A DNA stretch of 64,000 nt from Clostridia bacterium (GCA_017625065.1 JAGALS010000059.1:24696-88695), one strand, 5' to 3'. Positions 44,065 through 54,755 are shown, numbered from the stretch's first letter. The notes: generated by a model not told the origin, from the sequence alone. Numbers and translations are program-made.

Positions 44065-46260
44065 ATGGAACATAAAAAACACGAAAAAATATGGGCCTTG
44101 CGCGAAGGGACATCCGCACCCACCGAGCAGCAGATCGCCTCGCTTGCAAGCGAGGTCGGTGTGTCGCCCCTTTGCGCGCGGCTGCTGTTTTGCCGCGGAC
44201 ATCGCACCAAAGAGGCGGTGGATCGCTTTTTGCGCTGTGAGGATACAATGCTCCACAGTCCCTTTTTGCTGTGCGATATCGAGCCTGCTGTTGCGCGCAT
44301 CCGCCGCGCGGTGGAATCGCACGAAAAGATCGTTATTTACGGCGATTATGATGTGGACGGCGTGACGGCTGTCAGCTTACTTTACCTTTATTTGTCGGGG
44401 CTTGGTGCTGACGTGGATTATTATATCCCCAGCCGCGCACAGGAGGGCTACGGCCTTTCCACCGCCGCCATCGACCGTCTTGCCGCGACGGGGGTTACCT
44501 GCATTATCACGGTGGACACGGGTATTACCGCCAACGCCGAGGTCGACTATGCCGCATCTCTTGGGATCGATATGGTCATCACCGACCACCACGAATGCCG
44601 CGAGACACTGCCGAATGCTGTGGCGGTGGTCAATCCTCACCGTCCCGATTGCCCCTATCCCTTTAAGGAGCTTGCGGGCGTTGGCGTGATCTTTAAGGTC
44701 GTGATGGCTTACGAATGCACGATCGGTAGAGAAAAGGGCGAGAGCGAGATCGATGGCGTGCGCCGCGTGGCGCGCGAATACGCCGATCTTGTGACCATCG
44801 GTACGATCGCCGACGTGATGCCCATTACCGATGAAAACCGCCTCATCGTGGCACTTGGCTTGCAGCGCATCGAGCACGATCCGCGCCTTGGGCTGTCGGC
44901 GCTTATTGAAGAAGCCTCCGCGGGTAACCGCGCCGCGGGGGATACGCGTCCCGTGAAAAAGAAGAAAATCACATCCACCTTCATCGGCTTTGGGCTTGCG
45001 CCCCGCATCAATGCGGCAGGCCGTATGAGCGAAGCATCCCACGCCGTGGAGCTTTTGCTCTCCAAAACGCCCGACGAAGCGCGCGCGCTTGCCGCTGAGC
45101 TTTGTGAGATCAACCGTCAGCGCCAAGCGGAGGAGAACAGCATCGCGGAGCAGGTCTATCGCCGCATTGACGAGAATTTTGACCTTGATAACACCCACGT
45201 TCTTGTGTTGGAGGACGACGGCTGGCGGCAGGGCATCATCGGGATCGTTTCGTCGCGCGTGACCGAGCGATACGGCCTTCCCTCAATTCTCATTTCCTTT
45301 GACGGCAGCACGCAGGGCTTCCACGATCCCGACGATCAGGGCAAGGGCTCGGGTCGCTCGATCAAGGGGATAAATCTCTTTGAGGCGCTGACCGCGTGCG
45401 AGGATCTGCTCGTCAAATTCGGCGGCCACGAGCTTGCCGCGGGTCTGACCGTCACGCGCAAAAATTTGGACGCATTCCGCGAGCGCATCAATGCTTATGC
45501 CGCAACGCATCTGCCCCCCGAGGGGCTTGCCGCCCATCTGGAGGCAGACCTTGAGCTATCGCTTTCTGATGTAAATCTTCCGTTCGCCGAGGAGCTGAGC
45601 AGACTTGAGCCCTTTGGCGTTTCCAACCCCACGCCGCAGTTTATTTTCCGCGATCTTCGCATCGACCGCATCACCGAGCTTGGCGGCGGCAAGCATTTGA
45701 AGCTGCTTGTCTCGTCGGGCGATATATCGCTTTATGCGCTGTTGTTCTCAACGCCGCGTTCCCGTTTTGATTTTTACGAAGGGGATCGCATCGACCTGCT
45801 TTGCACCGTCGACGTCAACGAGTTCCGCGACGTGAAAAGTGTGCAGCTGATCGTGCAGGACGTCAAGCCCTCGGCTGGGTATGCGATGGAGTACGATCGG
45901 CTTGTTGCTCGCTACGGCGAGGTGCGGCAGGGGGCATCCTTCACCGAGGATGAGGAGATCCTGCCCGAGCGTGAGGATTTTGTGCAGGTCTATACCGTGT
46001 TGCGCCGTGAGTTCCGTGGCGGCAGGGATGCCTTCTCGATGCGCGATCTGCTTGCACTTGTGAATGCGGGCGCCGCGCACTCGATCAACTATGTGCGCCT
46101 GAAATACATTCTGGAGGTCTTCCACGAGCTTCAGATCTGCGGTGTCGAGGAGTACGAAAGCGACCGCTATCGCTTTGATATTTATTTCAACGCCTCGCGT
46201 ACCAATATTGAAAAATCATCTATTCTGAAAAAGCTGAAAAGTCAATGCCAAAGGGGGTAA
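44065..46260 (+). CDS. recJ: Single-stranded-DNA-specific exonuclease RecJ
   Basis: DHH motifs (YGDYDVDG, TVDTG, ITDHHE) and a DHHA1 region. Confidence 0.92.
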   Translation: MEHKKHEKIWALREGTSAPTEQQIASLASEVGVSPLCARLLFCRGHRTKEAVDRFLRCEDTMLHSPFLLCDIEPAVARIRRAVESHEKIVIYGDYDVDGVTAVSLLYLYLSGLGADVDYYIPSRAQEGYGLSTAAIDRLAATGVTCIITVDTGITANAEVDYAASLGIDMVITDHHECRETLPNAVAVVNPHRPDCPYPFKELAGVGVIFKVVMAYECTIGREKGESEIDGVRRVAREYADLVTIGTIADVMPITDENRLIVALGLQRIEHDPRLGLSALIEEASAGNRAAGDTRPVKKKKITSTFIGFGLAPRINAAGRMSEASHAVELLLSKTPDEARALAAELCEINRQRQAEENSIAEQVYRRIDENFDLDNTHVLVLEDDGWRQGIIGIVSSRVTERYGLPSILISFDGSTQGFHDPDDQGKGSGRSIKGINLFEALTACEDLLVKFGGHELAAGLTVTRKNLDAFRERINAYAATHLPPEGLAAHLEADLELSLSDVNLPFAEELSRLEPFGVSNPTPQFIFRDLRIDRITELGGGKHLKLLVSSGDISLYALLFSTPRSRFDFYEGDRIDLLCTVDVNEFRDVKSVQLIVQDVKPSAGYAMEYDRLVARYGEVRQGASFTEDEEILPEREDFVQVYTVLRREFRGGRDAFSMRDLLALVNAGAAHSINYVRLKYILEVFHELQICGVEEYESDRYRFDIYFNASRTNIEKSSILKKLKSQCQRG

Positions 46261-46264
46261 TACC

Positions 46265-48487
46265 GTGGCACGAGAGATCCATACAGACATCATCCGATTG
46301 CTTGAGATCTTAGACGCATCGGGCAATCACTATAACATAGAAAAGATCAAAATGGCGTATGAATACGCCGCTGAGCTGCACGAAGGTCAGCGCCGCAAAA
46401 GCGGTGAGGCGTATATTTCCCACCCCATCGCCGTCGCTGAGATCGTCGCCTCCTTGGGGCTTGATTCCGACTCGATCTGCTCGGCGCTGCTGCACGATAC
46501 GGTGGAGGACTGCGCCGATAAGACCAACCTGAGGGAGATCGAAAAGCGCTTTGGCGCTGACGTAGCGCTCATTGTGGACGGCCTTACGAAGATCGTCACG
46601 CTTCAGGTCGAGGATAAGGAAGAAGCGCACATCGAGACCTTACGCAAGATGCTGCTTGCGATGTCCCGTGACGTGCGCGTCATCTTCATCAAGCTTTGCG
46701 ACCGCCTGCACAATATGCGCACCTTAGGTGCCAGGTCCGACGAAAAGCAGCGCACCACCGCGCTTGAAACGATGCACGTCTATGCACCCCTTGCGCACCG
46801 ACTTGGTATGCAGCGCATCAAGCAGGAGCTTGAAAATCTCAGCCTTTTGTATCTTGACCCCTACGGCTACGCCGAGGTCAAGGAGGATATTGAGAAAAAG
46901 TACGGACAGCACACCGATTTTGTCGAGCACATCCGCAAGGAGGTCGACGACAAAATGCGGGAAAACAATATCCCCTTCACGCTGGAGGGAAGAATCAAAT
47001 CGGTATACAGTATCTACAAGAAAATGTATACCCAGAACAAGAGCTTTGACGAGATCTACGACTTTTACGCCCTGCGTATCATCGTGGACACCGAGCTCGA
47101 ATGCTACACGGCGCTCGGTCTTATCCACGAAATGTATCACTCAATGCCGGGCCGCTTCAAGGACTATATCTCCACCCCCAAGCCCAACCTCTATCGCTCG
47201 CTGCACACCACCGTGATCGGTCGCTACGGCATCCCCTTTGAGGTGCAGATCCGTACCAAGGAGATGCACCATATCGCCGAATACGGTATCGCCGCCCACT
47301 GGAAATACAAGTCGGGCGCCAGCAGCAAGGAGGAAATGGACAAGCGCCTTGCGTGGGTGTCTCAATTGCTGGAAAACGAGAACGAAACACGCGACCACGA
47401 CGAGTTTATGAAGGCGTTCAAGACCGATATCTTCCAGGACGAGATCTTTGTCTTCACTCCCAAGGGCGATGTGATCACGCTGCCGCAGGGCGCGACGGTG
47501 ATCGATTTCGCCTACGCCATTCACTCGGCGGTGGGCAATAAGATGGTGGGAGCCAAGATCAACGGTATGATCGTGCCCATCGACCGCGTGCCGCGCAACG
47601 GCGAGATCGTCGAGATCATCACCTCAAATTCGGGCAAGGGCCCGAGCCGCGACTGGTTCAATATTGTCAAAACAGGCGAGGCAAGAGGCAAGATCCGTCA
47701 ATGGTTCCGCAAGGAAAAGCGCCCCGAAAACATTGCCTTTGGCAAGAACTCGGTGGAGATGGAATTCAAAAAATTCGGCAGACCGACAAACGAAAGTCAG
47801 CGCCAGGAGATCGTGGGTGCGCTTGCCGCGCGCATCGGCTATGCTACAGCGGACGATCTGTATAACACCATCGGCTACGGCGGACTTTCGGTTTCCAAGA
47901 TCGCCGCGAAGCTAAAAGAAGAGTTCGACAAGGTCATCAAGCCCGAGGCAGAGCCCGCCCCTTACGTTCCGCTTGAAGCGGAGCAGATCAAGACCGCCCC
48001 CACCCCCCGTCACATTCGCCGCAACAGCGGCATCGTGGTGGACGGTGAAACGGGCTGTCAGGTCAAATTTGCCAAGTGCTGTAACCCTTTGCCGGGTGAC
48101 AAGGTCATCGGCTTTATCACACGCGGATTTGGCATTTCGATCCACAAGGTCGATTGCCCCAATGTGGAAATGGGTATGAAAAAGGTCGAGGATGCGGACC
48201 GTTGGGTCGAGGCGCACTGGGAGCAGAGCAGTAAGGAAAATCTTTCGGTTTATGAAGCGCTCGTGCAGATGCACGTCTACGCGGGGCTGACCATCCTTGC
48301 TGATATCACGATGGCGCTTGCGGATATGAAGGTCCTGCTTTTGTCGATCAATACCAGAAAGAAAAACGACGGTCATATGATCATTGACCTGAAGATCAGC
48401 TGTAAAAACGTCGAGCACTATCATTCCATCGTCTCGCGCCTCAAGGGGCTGCGTGACGTGATCGACGTGGTAAGAGGTTATTCATGA
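46265..48487 (+). CDS. relA: Bifunctional (p)ppGpp synthetase/hydrolase Rel
   Basis: HD hydrolase (ALLHDTVED), synthetase (YRSLHTTV), and TGS and ACT regions. GTG start after GGGGG. Confidence 0.93.
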   Translation: MAREIHTDIIRLLEILDASGNHYNIEKIKMAYEYAAELHEGQRRKSGEAYISHPIAVAEIVASLGLDSDSICSALLHDTVEDCADKTNLREIEKRFGADVALIVDGLTKIVTLQVEDKEEAHIETLRKMLLAMSRDVRVIFIKLCDRLHNMRTLGARSDEKQRTTALETMHVYAPLAHRLGMQRIKQELENLSLLYLDPYGYAEVKEDIEKKYGQHTDFVEHIRKEVDDKMRENNIPFTLEGRIKSVYSIYKKMYTQNKSFDEIYDFYALRIIVDTELECYTALGLIHEMYHSMPGRFKDYISTPKPNLYRSLHTTVIGRYGIPFEVQIRTKEMHHIAEYGIAAHWKYKSGASSKEEMDKRLAWVSQLLENENETRDHDEFMKAFKTDIFQDEIFVFTPKGDVITLPQGATVIDFAYAIHSAVGNKMVGAKINGMIVPIDRVPRNGEIVEIITSNSGKGPSRDWFNIVKTGEARGKIRQWFRKEKRPENIAFGKNSVEMEFKKFGRPTNESQRQEIVGALAARIGYATADDLYNTIGYGGLSVSKIAAKLKEEFDKVIKPEAEPAPYVPLEAEQIKTAPTPRHIRRNSGIVVDGETGCQVKFAKCCNPLPGDKVIGFITRGFGISIHKVDCPNVEMGMKKVEDADRWVEAHWEQSSKENLSVYEALVQMHVYAGLTILADITMALADMKVLLLSINTRKKNDGHMIIDLKISCKNVEHYHSIVSRLKGLRDVIDVVRGYS

Positions 48488-48954
48488 TTGCAGTATTACA
48501 GCGCGCCGCCTCAGCCGCGGTGCAAGTAGAAGAAAAGACGGTCGGGGAGATCGGTCAAGGGCTTCTGATCCTTTTGGGCGTAGCACAAGAGGACAGCAAG
48601 GAGGATGCCGAGCTGCTTGCCAAAAAGATCCTCGCTTGTCGCATCTTTTCCGATGAGAACGATAAAATGAATCTTTCTGTGCGCGACGTGCAGGGCGGCG
48701 TGTTGGTCGTTTCCAATTTCACGCTGCTTGCGAACTACGCGCACGGCAACCGCCCCGATTATATGCGGGCGGCAAAGCCCCAAGAGGCGAATGCATTGTA
48801 CGAATATTTCGTCGAGCTCATTCGCCGTGACGGCACAGAGGTCGCCACGGGCGAATTTGGCGCGGATATGCGCGTGCATCTTGTGGGCGACGGACCCGTC
48901 ACGATCGTGATGGACAGTAACGAACTGAAAAAGAAGAAGGAGAATCATGTATGA
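48484..48954 (+). CDS. dtd: D-aminoacyl-tRNA deacylase
   Basis: MIAVLQRA... and SNFTL motifs, with the conserved position after relA. Confidence 0.92.
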   Translation: MIAVLQRAASAAVQVEEKTVGEIGQGLLILLGVAQEDSKEDAELLAKKILACRIFSDENDKMNLSVRDVQGGVLVVSNFTLLANYAHGNRPDYMRAAKPQEANALYEYFVELIRRDGTEVATGEFGADMRVHLVGDGPVTIVMDSNELKKKKENHV

Positions 48955-50438
48955 AGCTGCACATCAACGGAGAGATAAATGAATACTATGTGCAGACGCT
49001 TTGCATGATCTTTTTCCCGGGCGAAAAGTTTTCGGGCGAAGCGGAGGAGGGGGAGCCCATCCTCTATCTTGACGTGACCGAAAACGAAGAGGGGATCACG
49101 GCGGCGGCACGCCTTTGTTATCAGGGCAAGGAGACCTCTGCCACAAAGCTGCAGCCCCATTCCGATGAGTTTACCAAGGATCGCGCGCGCAAGATCGTGA
49201 TCGGACGGGCACTGCTTTCGGCGGTGGGCGAAATGCTGCACTACCGTCCCTCTTGGGGAATGCTGACGGGCGTGCGCCCCTCGAAGGTGGCGACCGAACT
49301 GCTGCTGAAGGGCTACAGCAAGACCCGCGCAAGAAAGCATCTGAGCACCAACTATATGGTGATCCCCAAAAAAGCGGCGCTTGCCGTGGACGTTGCCCTG
49401 CGCGAGCAGCAGATCATCGGCACACCCGACAAACGCGATTGCAGCGTCTATATTTCGATCCCGTTTTGCCCCACAAGGTGCTCGTATTGCTCCTTTGTGT
49501 CCTATACCTCAAAGCGCTTGCTCTCGCTGATCCCCGATTATCTTACGCTGCTTTGCGAGGAGATCCGCGCGAAATTCCAAACCATCAAGGAGCTTGGACT
49601 GCGCGTGGTGACCGTTTATATCGGCGGCGGCACCCCCACCATTCTGGATGCGATGCAGCTGCGCGCCCTGCTTTCGGTGATAGACGAATGTACCGATGTG
49701 TCGGCGTTGCGTGAATTTACGCTCGAATCGGGCCGTCCCGATACCATCGATGCCGAGAAAATGGCGATCGCCAAGGCGTATGGTGTGACGCGCGTTTGCG
49801 TGAACCCCCAGACACTTTGCGAGGAGGTGCTGCAGGGCGTTGGACGGTGCCATTCGGTGAAGGATTTTTACAACGCCTATGATATTGCGCGCAAAAGCGG
49901 CATAGATTGTATCAACACCGATCTGATCGTCGGCTTGCCGGGCGACACCTTCAACACCTTTGCAAGGACCTATGACGAGATCCTGCAGCTTGCCCCCGAG
50001 AACATCACCGTGCACACCTTCTGCGTGAAGAAGGCGGCGGAGATCCTGCGAGAGGGCAGGCGTGTATATAATCTGCGCGGCGGCGATGCGGGCAAATGCG
50101 TGGACTACTCTCAGATCCGCGCCGCCGATATGGGTTATCTGCCATACTATATGTACCGTCAGAAGAATATGGTGGGTAATTTTGAAAACGTCGGCTTTGC
50201 AAAAGAGGGGACCGAGTGCCTTTACAACATCTATATGATGGAGGAGGTCCATTCGATCTTTGCCGCGGGTGCGGGGGCTGTGACCAAGCTTGTGGAGTAT
50301 GCACCTGCCGAAAGCGGTAAAAAGTCGGTCATTCGCCGTTTGTTCAACGACAAATATCCGTATGAATATCTGAATTCGGACGGCGGTAAGGCACAGGCAG
50401 ATCAGATCGTGCAGTTTTACAGGGAACGGGACTTCTGA
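48951..50438 (+). CDS. hemZ: Radical SAM coproporphyrinogen-dehydrogenase-like protein HemZ
   Basis: CPTRCSYCSF CxxxCxxC motif, 495 aa, and the conserved dtd-hemZ order. Confidence 0.8.
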   Translation: MKLHINGEINEYYVQTLCMIFFPGEKFSGEAEEGEPILYLDVTENEEGITAAARLCYQGKETSATKLQPHSDEFTKDRARKIVIGRALLSAVGEMLHYRPSWGMLTGVRPSKVATELLLKGYSKTRARKHLSTNYMVIPKKAALAVDVALREQQIIGTPDKRDCSVYISIPFCPTRCSYCSFVSYTSKRLLSLIPDYLTLLCEEIRAKFQTIKELGLRVVTVYIGGGTPTILDAMQLRALLSVIDECTDVSALREFTLESGRPDTIDAEKMAIAKAYGVTRVCVNPQTLCEEVLQGVGRCHSVKDFYNAYDIARKSGIDCINTDLIVGLPGDTFNTFARTYDEILQLAPENITVHTFCVKKAAEILREGRRVYNLRGGDAGKCVDYSQIRAADMGYLPYYMYRQKNMVGNFENVGFAKEGTECLYNIYMMEEVHSIFAAGAGAVTKLVEYAPAESGKKSVIRRLFNDKYPYEYLNSDGGKAQADQIVQFYRERDF

Positions 50439-50466
50439 GGCGCGCTCCCTGAACGGAGGGATCGCT

Positions 50467-52089
50467 TTGCCAGAGAGCCTTGGCTCATTTGAAAAGAAGA
50501 AGCTGTTTGGCGGCGTGGCGGTGCTGATGCCCGCCACGCTTTTCACCAAGATCATCGGGCTTTTTTACAAAATTCCGCTGATCGCCATTGTCGGTGTGTC
50601 GGGTATGGCGTATTTTCTTGCCGCCTATCACATCTATTCCTTACTCTTTGTTCTGTCCGCCACGGGGCTGCCGACGGCGCTTTCCTTGCAGGTCGCGAGG
50701 GCGGTGGCATCGGGACAGAGCCGCGCCGTGCGCCGCATCTTCACGGTGGCGCTCGCACTGTTTTTGGCGCTTGGAACGGCGGGAACGGCATTGCTTTTAC
50801 TGTTTGCCCCCGCGCTTGCCGCGCGGCTTGCTATGGCAGATGCCGCGGCATCGATCATCGCCATCGCCCCCGCGCTTTTGCTTTCCGCCTTTATCGGTGC
50901 CGCAAAGGGCTATTTTCAAGGGCATCATCGTATGCTCCCGACAGCACTTTCCGAGGTGCTGGAGGCAGCAGGGAAGCTCGGCTTTGGGCTGTTCTTTGCG
51001 CTTTTTGCGAAGGGGCAGGGGCTTCCCACACCGATGGTCGCGGCATACGCGATCTTTGGTATCACCGCGGGGCTCTTGCTTGCCGCATTGCTGCTTTGCA
51101 TTCTTTTGTTACACGATGCGATCAAGCGGCGCGGCGAGGCGAGAGCAGGAGATTTGCCAAAGCGCAGAGCCGTTCTTTCAGAGCTTGTGCGTGTGGCGCT
51201 TCCCGTAACGGTCAGCGCCTCGGTGATGAGCCTTGTTTCGCTGATCGACACCGCCCTGATTTCAGGCCGCTTGCAGGCGGCTGGCTTTGCGCCAACGGTC
51301 GCAAACGCGATGTACAGCAGCTACGGCAACCTTGCCGTGCCGCTTTATAACCTGGTGCCCTCGCTGCTCTCGCCCATCACGCTTGCGCTCATGCCTCTGC
51401 TTGGTGCGGCGCTCTCAAGAGGGGAGAGCGAAGGAGGTAAGGTCGCGCTATCGTCGGCATTGCGCCTATCTGCTCTGGTTTCGATCCCGTCGGCGTTGGG
51501 GCTTGGCGTTTTTGCCCGTCCGATCCTGTCGCTCATTTATGCGGGACAACAGGAGGCGGTCGCGCTTGCCGCGCCGCTGCTGTCCTTGCTCGCACTTTCC
51601 GTGGTGCCTGCCGCGATGATCACGCTCACGGGCGCCGCACTGCAAGCGACGGGACATACCGTGATCCCTATGCTTGCTATGGGTGCGGGTGCGCTTGTCA
51701 AGCTTTTGCTTGAGGTGCTGTTGCTGCCCGTGTCGGGCATCCACATCTACGCGGCACCCCTCAGCACCCTTGGCTGCAATCTGGTCGTTTTGCTGATCGA
51801 GGCGATCGCGCTCTCGCGTGCGCTGCCCTTTGGCTTTTTCAAGGGCAAGGATCTGTTCCGTCCCTTATTTGCCGCCCTACTCGGCGTTTTTTCGGGCGGA
51901 GCGCTGTATTTTGCCTTGCTTCGCTTCGGTATAGACAGCGCGCTAATGATGTTACCCGTACTACTCTTGACCGTTTTGGTGTTCGCTTTTTGCGCGCTTT
52001 GGATGGGCGCGATCGAGCAGGAGGACCTATATGCCCTGCCGGCAGGGGATAAGCTATGCCGAATTCTACAAAAATGTAAATGGAAGTAA
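50467..52089 (+). CDS. MOP-superfamily flippase (SpoVB / MurJ-like polysaccharide biosynthesis protein)
   Basis: About 14 TM helices. TTG start; the exact start is uncertain. Confidence 0.75.
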   Translation: MPESLGSFEKKKLFGGVAVLMPATLFTKIIGLFYKIPLIAIVGVSGMAYFLAAYHIYSLLFVLSATGLPTALSLQVARAVASGQSRAVRRIFTVALALFLALGTAGTALLLLFAPALAARLAMADAAASIIAIAPALLLSAFIGAAKGYFQGHHRMLPTALSEVLEAAGKLGFGLFFALFAKGQGLPTPMVAAYAIFGITAGLLLAALLLCILLLHDAIKRRGEARAGDLPKRRAVLSELVRVALPVTVSASVMSLVSLIDTALISGRLQAAGFAPTVANAMYSSYGNLAVPLYNLVPSLLSPITLALMPLLGAALSRGESEGGKVALSSALRLSALVSIPSALGLGVFARPILSLIYAGQQEAVALAAPLLSLLALSVVPAAMITLTGAALQATGHTVIPMLAMGAGALVKLLLEVLLLPVSGIHIYAAPLSTLGCNLVVLLIEAIALSRALPFGFFKGKDLFRPLFAALLGVFSGGALYFALLRFGIDSALMMLPVLLLTVLVFAFCALWMGAIEQEDLYALPAGDKLCRILQKCKWK

Positions 52090-52093
52090 CTTT

Positions 52094-52912
52094 ATGACAA
52101 GAGATGAAAAATTAGAGAAAATTTTGCAAAAACAGGCATACGATGCCCGTGATCTGGTTACCATAGTAGAGCTGCTTCGCTTGCCGGGCGGTTGTCCTTG
52201 GGATATGGAGCAAACGCACAAAAGCATCCGCAACGATTTTATCGAGGAGACCTATGAGGTCATCGAGGCGATCGACAACGAAGACCCCGCGCTGCTGCGC
52301 GAGGAGCTCGGCGACGTGCTCTTGCAGGTGGCGATGCACGCACGGATGGAGGAGGAAGCAGGGCGCTGTACCTTTGACGACGTGGCAAACGACATTTGCA
52401 AGAAAATGATCCATCGCCACCCCCACGTGTTTGGCGAGGTCAAGGCGGAGACCACCGCCCAGGTGCTTTCCAATTGGGAAACCATCAAAAGTGAGGAGAA
52501 AAACCGTGAGACCGTCACCGACAAGCTTCGTGCCATTCCGCGTCAGTATCCCGCATTGATGCGCGCCGCCAAGGTCGGCAAAAAGGCGAAGATGATGGAC
52601 TTTCCCGACGTAGCATCTGTTGCCGATAAGGTGGGCGAGGAGCTTTGCGAGGTCAGGGAAGCGCTTACGGGTGAAAATAAGGATCACCTTGCCGAGGAGA
52701 TCGGTGATCTATTGCTTTCCGTTGCAAGCCTTGCAAGAAAAGCAGGGGTCGACCCCGAGCTTGCGCTCACGCGCGCGACCGACAAATTTATCGACCGTTT
52801 TTCTGCCGTAGAAGCCGCCGCTGCGGAGCTTGGTGTCAATTTAGATCAAATGAGCGACGCAGAAAAAGATGTTTTGTGGGAAAATGCCAAAAAAATTGCC
52901 CAAAAAGCGTGA
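52094..52912 (+). CDS. mazG: Nucleoside triphosphate pyrophosphohydrolase MazG
   Basis: Tandem MazG EEXXE motifs (EETYEVIEAI, EELGDVLLQV, EELCEVREAL, EEIGDLLLSV). Confidence 0.88.
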   Translation: MTRDEKLEKILQKQAYDARDLVTIVELLRLPGGCPWDMEQTHKSIRNDFIEETYEVIEAIDNEDPALLREELGDVLLQVAMHARMEEEAGRCTFDDVANDICKKMIHRHPHVFGEVKAETTAQVLSNWETIKSEEKNRETVTDKLRAIPRQYPALMRAAKVGKKAKMMDFPDVASVADKVGEELCEVREALTGENKDHLAEEIGDLLLSVASLARKAGVDPELALTRATDKFIDRFSAVEAAAAELGVNLDQMSDAEKDVLWENAKKIAQKA

Positions 52913-52940
52913 TTTTTGCAAATTTTTACCGTTTTCCCCC

Positions 52941-52969
52941 TTGCAATTTATTTCCATATATGGTAAAAT
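52941..52969 (+). promoter_or_regulatory. Candidate hup promoter
   Basis: TTGCAA, 17 nt, TAAAAT. Confidence 0.55.
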
Positions 52970-53035
52970 AAAAACAGTGGTGGGTATCAACCCATTGCAA
53001 GTCTTTCAAAATTTTCGAAAGGATGTGTAACACAC

Positions 53036-53308
53036 ATGAACAAAGCAGAGTTGATCAATGCAATCGTAGCAAAGAGCGAAATGTCCAAGAAGGATGCCGA
53101 CGTGGCATTAACCGCAGTTATTGACTCCATTAAGGATGCCCTGAAGGCAGGCGAAAAGGTTCAGATCGTTGGCTTCGGCACGTTCTCCGTTAAGGAAAGA
53201 GCTGCCCGCACCGGCAAGAACCCCGCAACCGGCGAGACCATTCAGATCGCAGCAAGCAAGGTTCCCGCTTTTGCCGCAGGCAAGGCTCTGAAGGACGAGA
53301 TCCAATAA
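53036..53308 (+). CDS. hup: DNA-binding protein HU
   Basis: MNKAELI...GFGTFSVKERAARTGKNPATGE. Confidence 0.93.
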   Translation: MNKAELINAIVAKSEMSKKDADVALTAVIDSIKDALKAGEKVQIVGFGTFSVKERAARTGKNPATGETIQIAASKVPAFAAGKALKDEIQ

Positions 53309-53322
53309 TAGACCAATCAAAA

Positions 53323-53360
53323 ATGCGGCGAGGGCGAATTGCTTTCGCCGCATGTTTTTT
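53323..53360 (+). terminator. Intrinsic terminator after hup
   Basis: ATGCGGCGA ... TCGCCGCAT followed by GTTTTTT. Confidence 0.8.
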
Positions 53361-53372
53361 CTGTGAGGAATT

Positions 53373-53615
53373 ATGAGATTAGATAAGTATTTAAAGGTGT
53401 CGCGTATCATCAAGCGCCGTACCGTGGCAAACGATGCCTGCGATGCCGCCCACGTGACGGTCAACGGCAGGCCCGCCAAGGCATCGTACGACGTCAAGGA
53501 AGGCGATGTGATCGAGGTGGCATTCGGCAACCGCACACTGAGGGTACGGGTGCTTTCCGTGAAGGAGATCGTGGGCAAGGCGGATGCCGCAGGGCTTTAC
53601 GAAGTCATAGATTAA
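53373..53615 (+). CDS. S4-domain RNA-binding protein (YabO/Hsp15-like)
   Basis: MRLDKYLKVSRIIKRRT S4 motif. Confidence 0.85.
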   Translation: MRLDKYLKVSRIIKRRTVANDACDAAHVTVNGRPAKASYDVKEGDVIEVAFGNRTLRVRVLSVKEIVGKADAAGLYEVID

Positions 53616-53658
53616 CGCCCCCTGTCATATACTTTACCAAAAACGGTGGAGGTATGAT

Positions 53659-53940
53659 ATGACAGAAAAAGGGAACGAACAAGAAAAAAAGCACGCCCTT
53701 TCGATGGGCGCGCGGCGGCATATTTCGATCTCGGGCGTGACCGAGGTCGAAAGCTTTGACGAGCAAACGGTGATCCTGTCTACGGACTGCGGCGAAATGA
53801 CACTGGAGGGCGAGGGCTTGCACATCGGTACGTTGGATATCGCCCGCGGCGTGGTAGAGGTCGACGGCAAGGTGAATGGCTTGTATTACAGCGACAGCGC
53901 ACCCGCAAGACGGGGGCTTCGCGCGAAGCTCTTTGGCTGA
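53659..53940 (+). CDS. yabP: Sporulation protein YabP
   Basis: YabP-like sequence (ISISGVTEVESFDEQ...L.GEGL.I) with conserved synteny. Confidence 0.88.
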   Translation: MTEKGNEQEKKHALSMGARRHISISGVTEVESFDEQTVILSTDCGEMTLEGEGLHIGTLDIARGVVEVDGKVNGLYYSDSAPARRGLRAKLFG

Positions 53941-54755
53941 TGGAGATCTACCCCGAGCTTCAATTTGCGATGCTGCTTGGCGCCTTTCTTGGTGGGGTCT
54001 GCCTTGGGGGCGTGTGGGAGCTGTTTTGTGCATCTCGCATTCTTTTTGGGGCTTACGAGCCGCCTCCCTTTATGCGAGCGCGCTATGCTTGCTTGCTGCC
54101 ACTCTTGCGCCGTCCCGTGCCATTTGAGCGAAAAGGGGTCAGTCGGCGGCTGTGGCGCTCGATCGTGATCGGGCTTTGCGACGTTTTGTTTTGCCTGCTG
54201 TTTGCGGTATTTATCATTTTGCTTTTGTATCGCTATAACGACGGGGCATTCCGCTTTTCGGTCCCTATGCTATCGCTGGTTGGCTTTGCGCTTTTTCGCA
54301 CGGTCTCGTCGCGCTGGCTATCGCTTGCCGAGGCGTATCTCGCGTACGGCATTGCCGCGGCATCGCTCTATCTTGCGGCATTGCTCGCACTCCCACCCAA
54401 GGGGATGAAATATTTGTTTGGGCGCTTCGTGCTTCGCCCGGCACGAGAGGCTTATCGGCGTTTGGCGCTTCGCTGTATGCGACGGCGCTCGGCAGAGCTT
54501 TGCGCGATGCAGTTGAAATGGGCGGAATGTGGCTTTGAGGGCGAATGCCCCAAAGCTCCCAAAAAGAAAGGAAGGATGCGTTATGAAAAGAAAGACCGAG
54601 GGCAGGACAACACCCATGCAATGGGCGATCCGCATCCTCATTCTGGTCATATTCGTGGCGGCTCTCGCCATCGGCGCAAATCGCTTGATGGAATGGAATC
54701 GGCTTCGCCAGCAGGCAGAAGAGCTTCAGCAGGAAAAAGAGTCGTATCAAAATAG
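53940..54755 (+). CDS. yabQ: Spore cortex biosynthesis protein YabQ (C-terminal extent uncertain)
   Basis: Membrane protein following yabP. The last ~170 nt of the ORF overlap the next gene in another frame. Confidence 0.65.
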   Translation: MEIYPELQFAMLLGAFLGGVCLGGVWELFCASRILFGAYEPPPFMRARYACLLPLLRRPVPFERKGVSRRLWRSIVIGLCDVLFCLLFAVFIILLLYRYNDGAFRFSVPMLSLVGFALFRTVSSRWLSLAEAYLAYGIAAASLYLAALLALPPKGMKYLFGRFVLRPAREAYRRLALRCMRRRSAELCAMQLKWAECGFEGECPKAPKKKGRMRYEKKDRGQDNTHAMGDPHPHSGHIRGGSRHRRKSLDGMESASPAGRRASAGKRVVSK

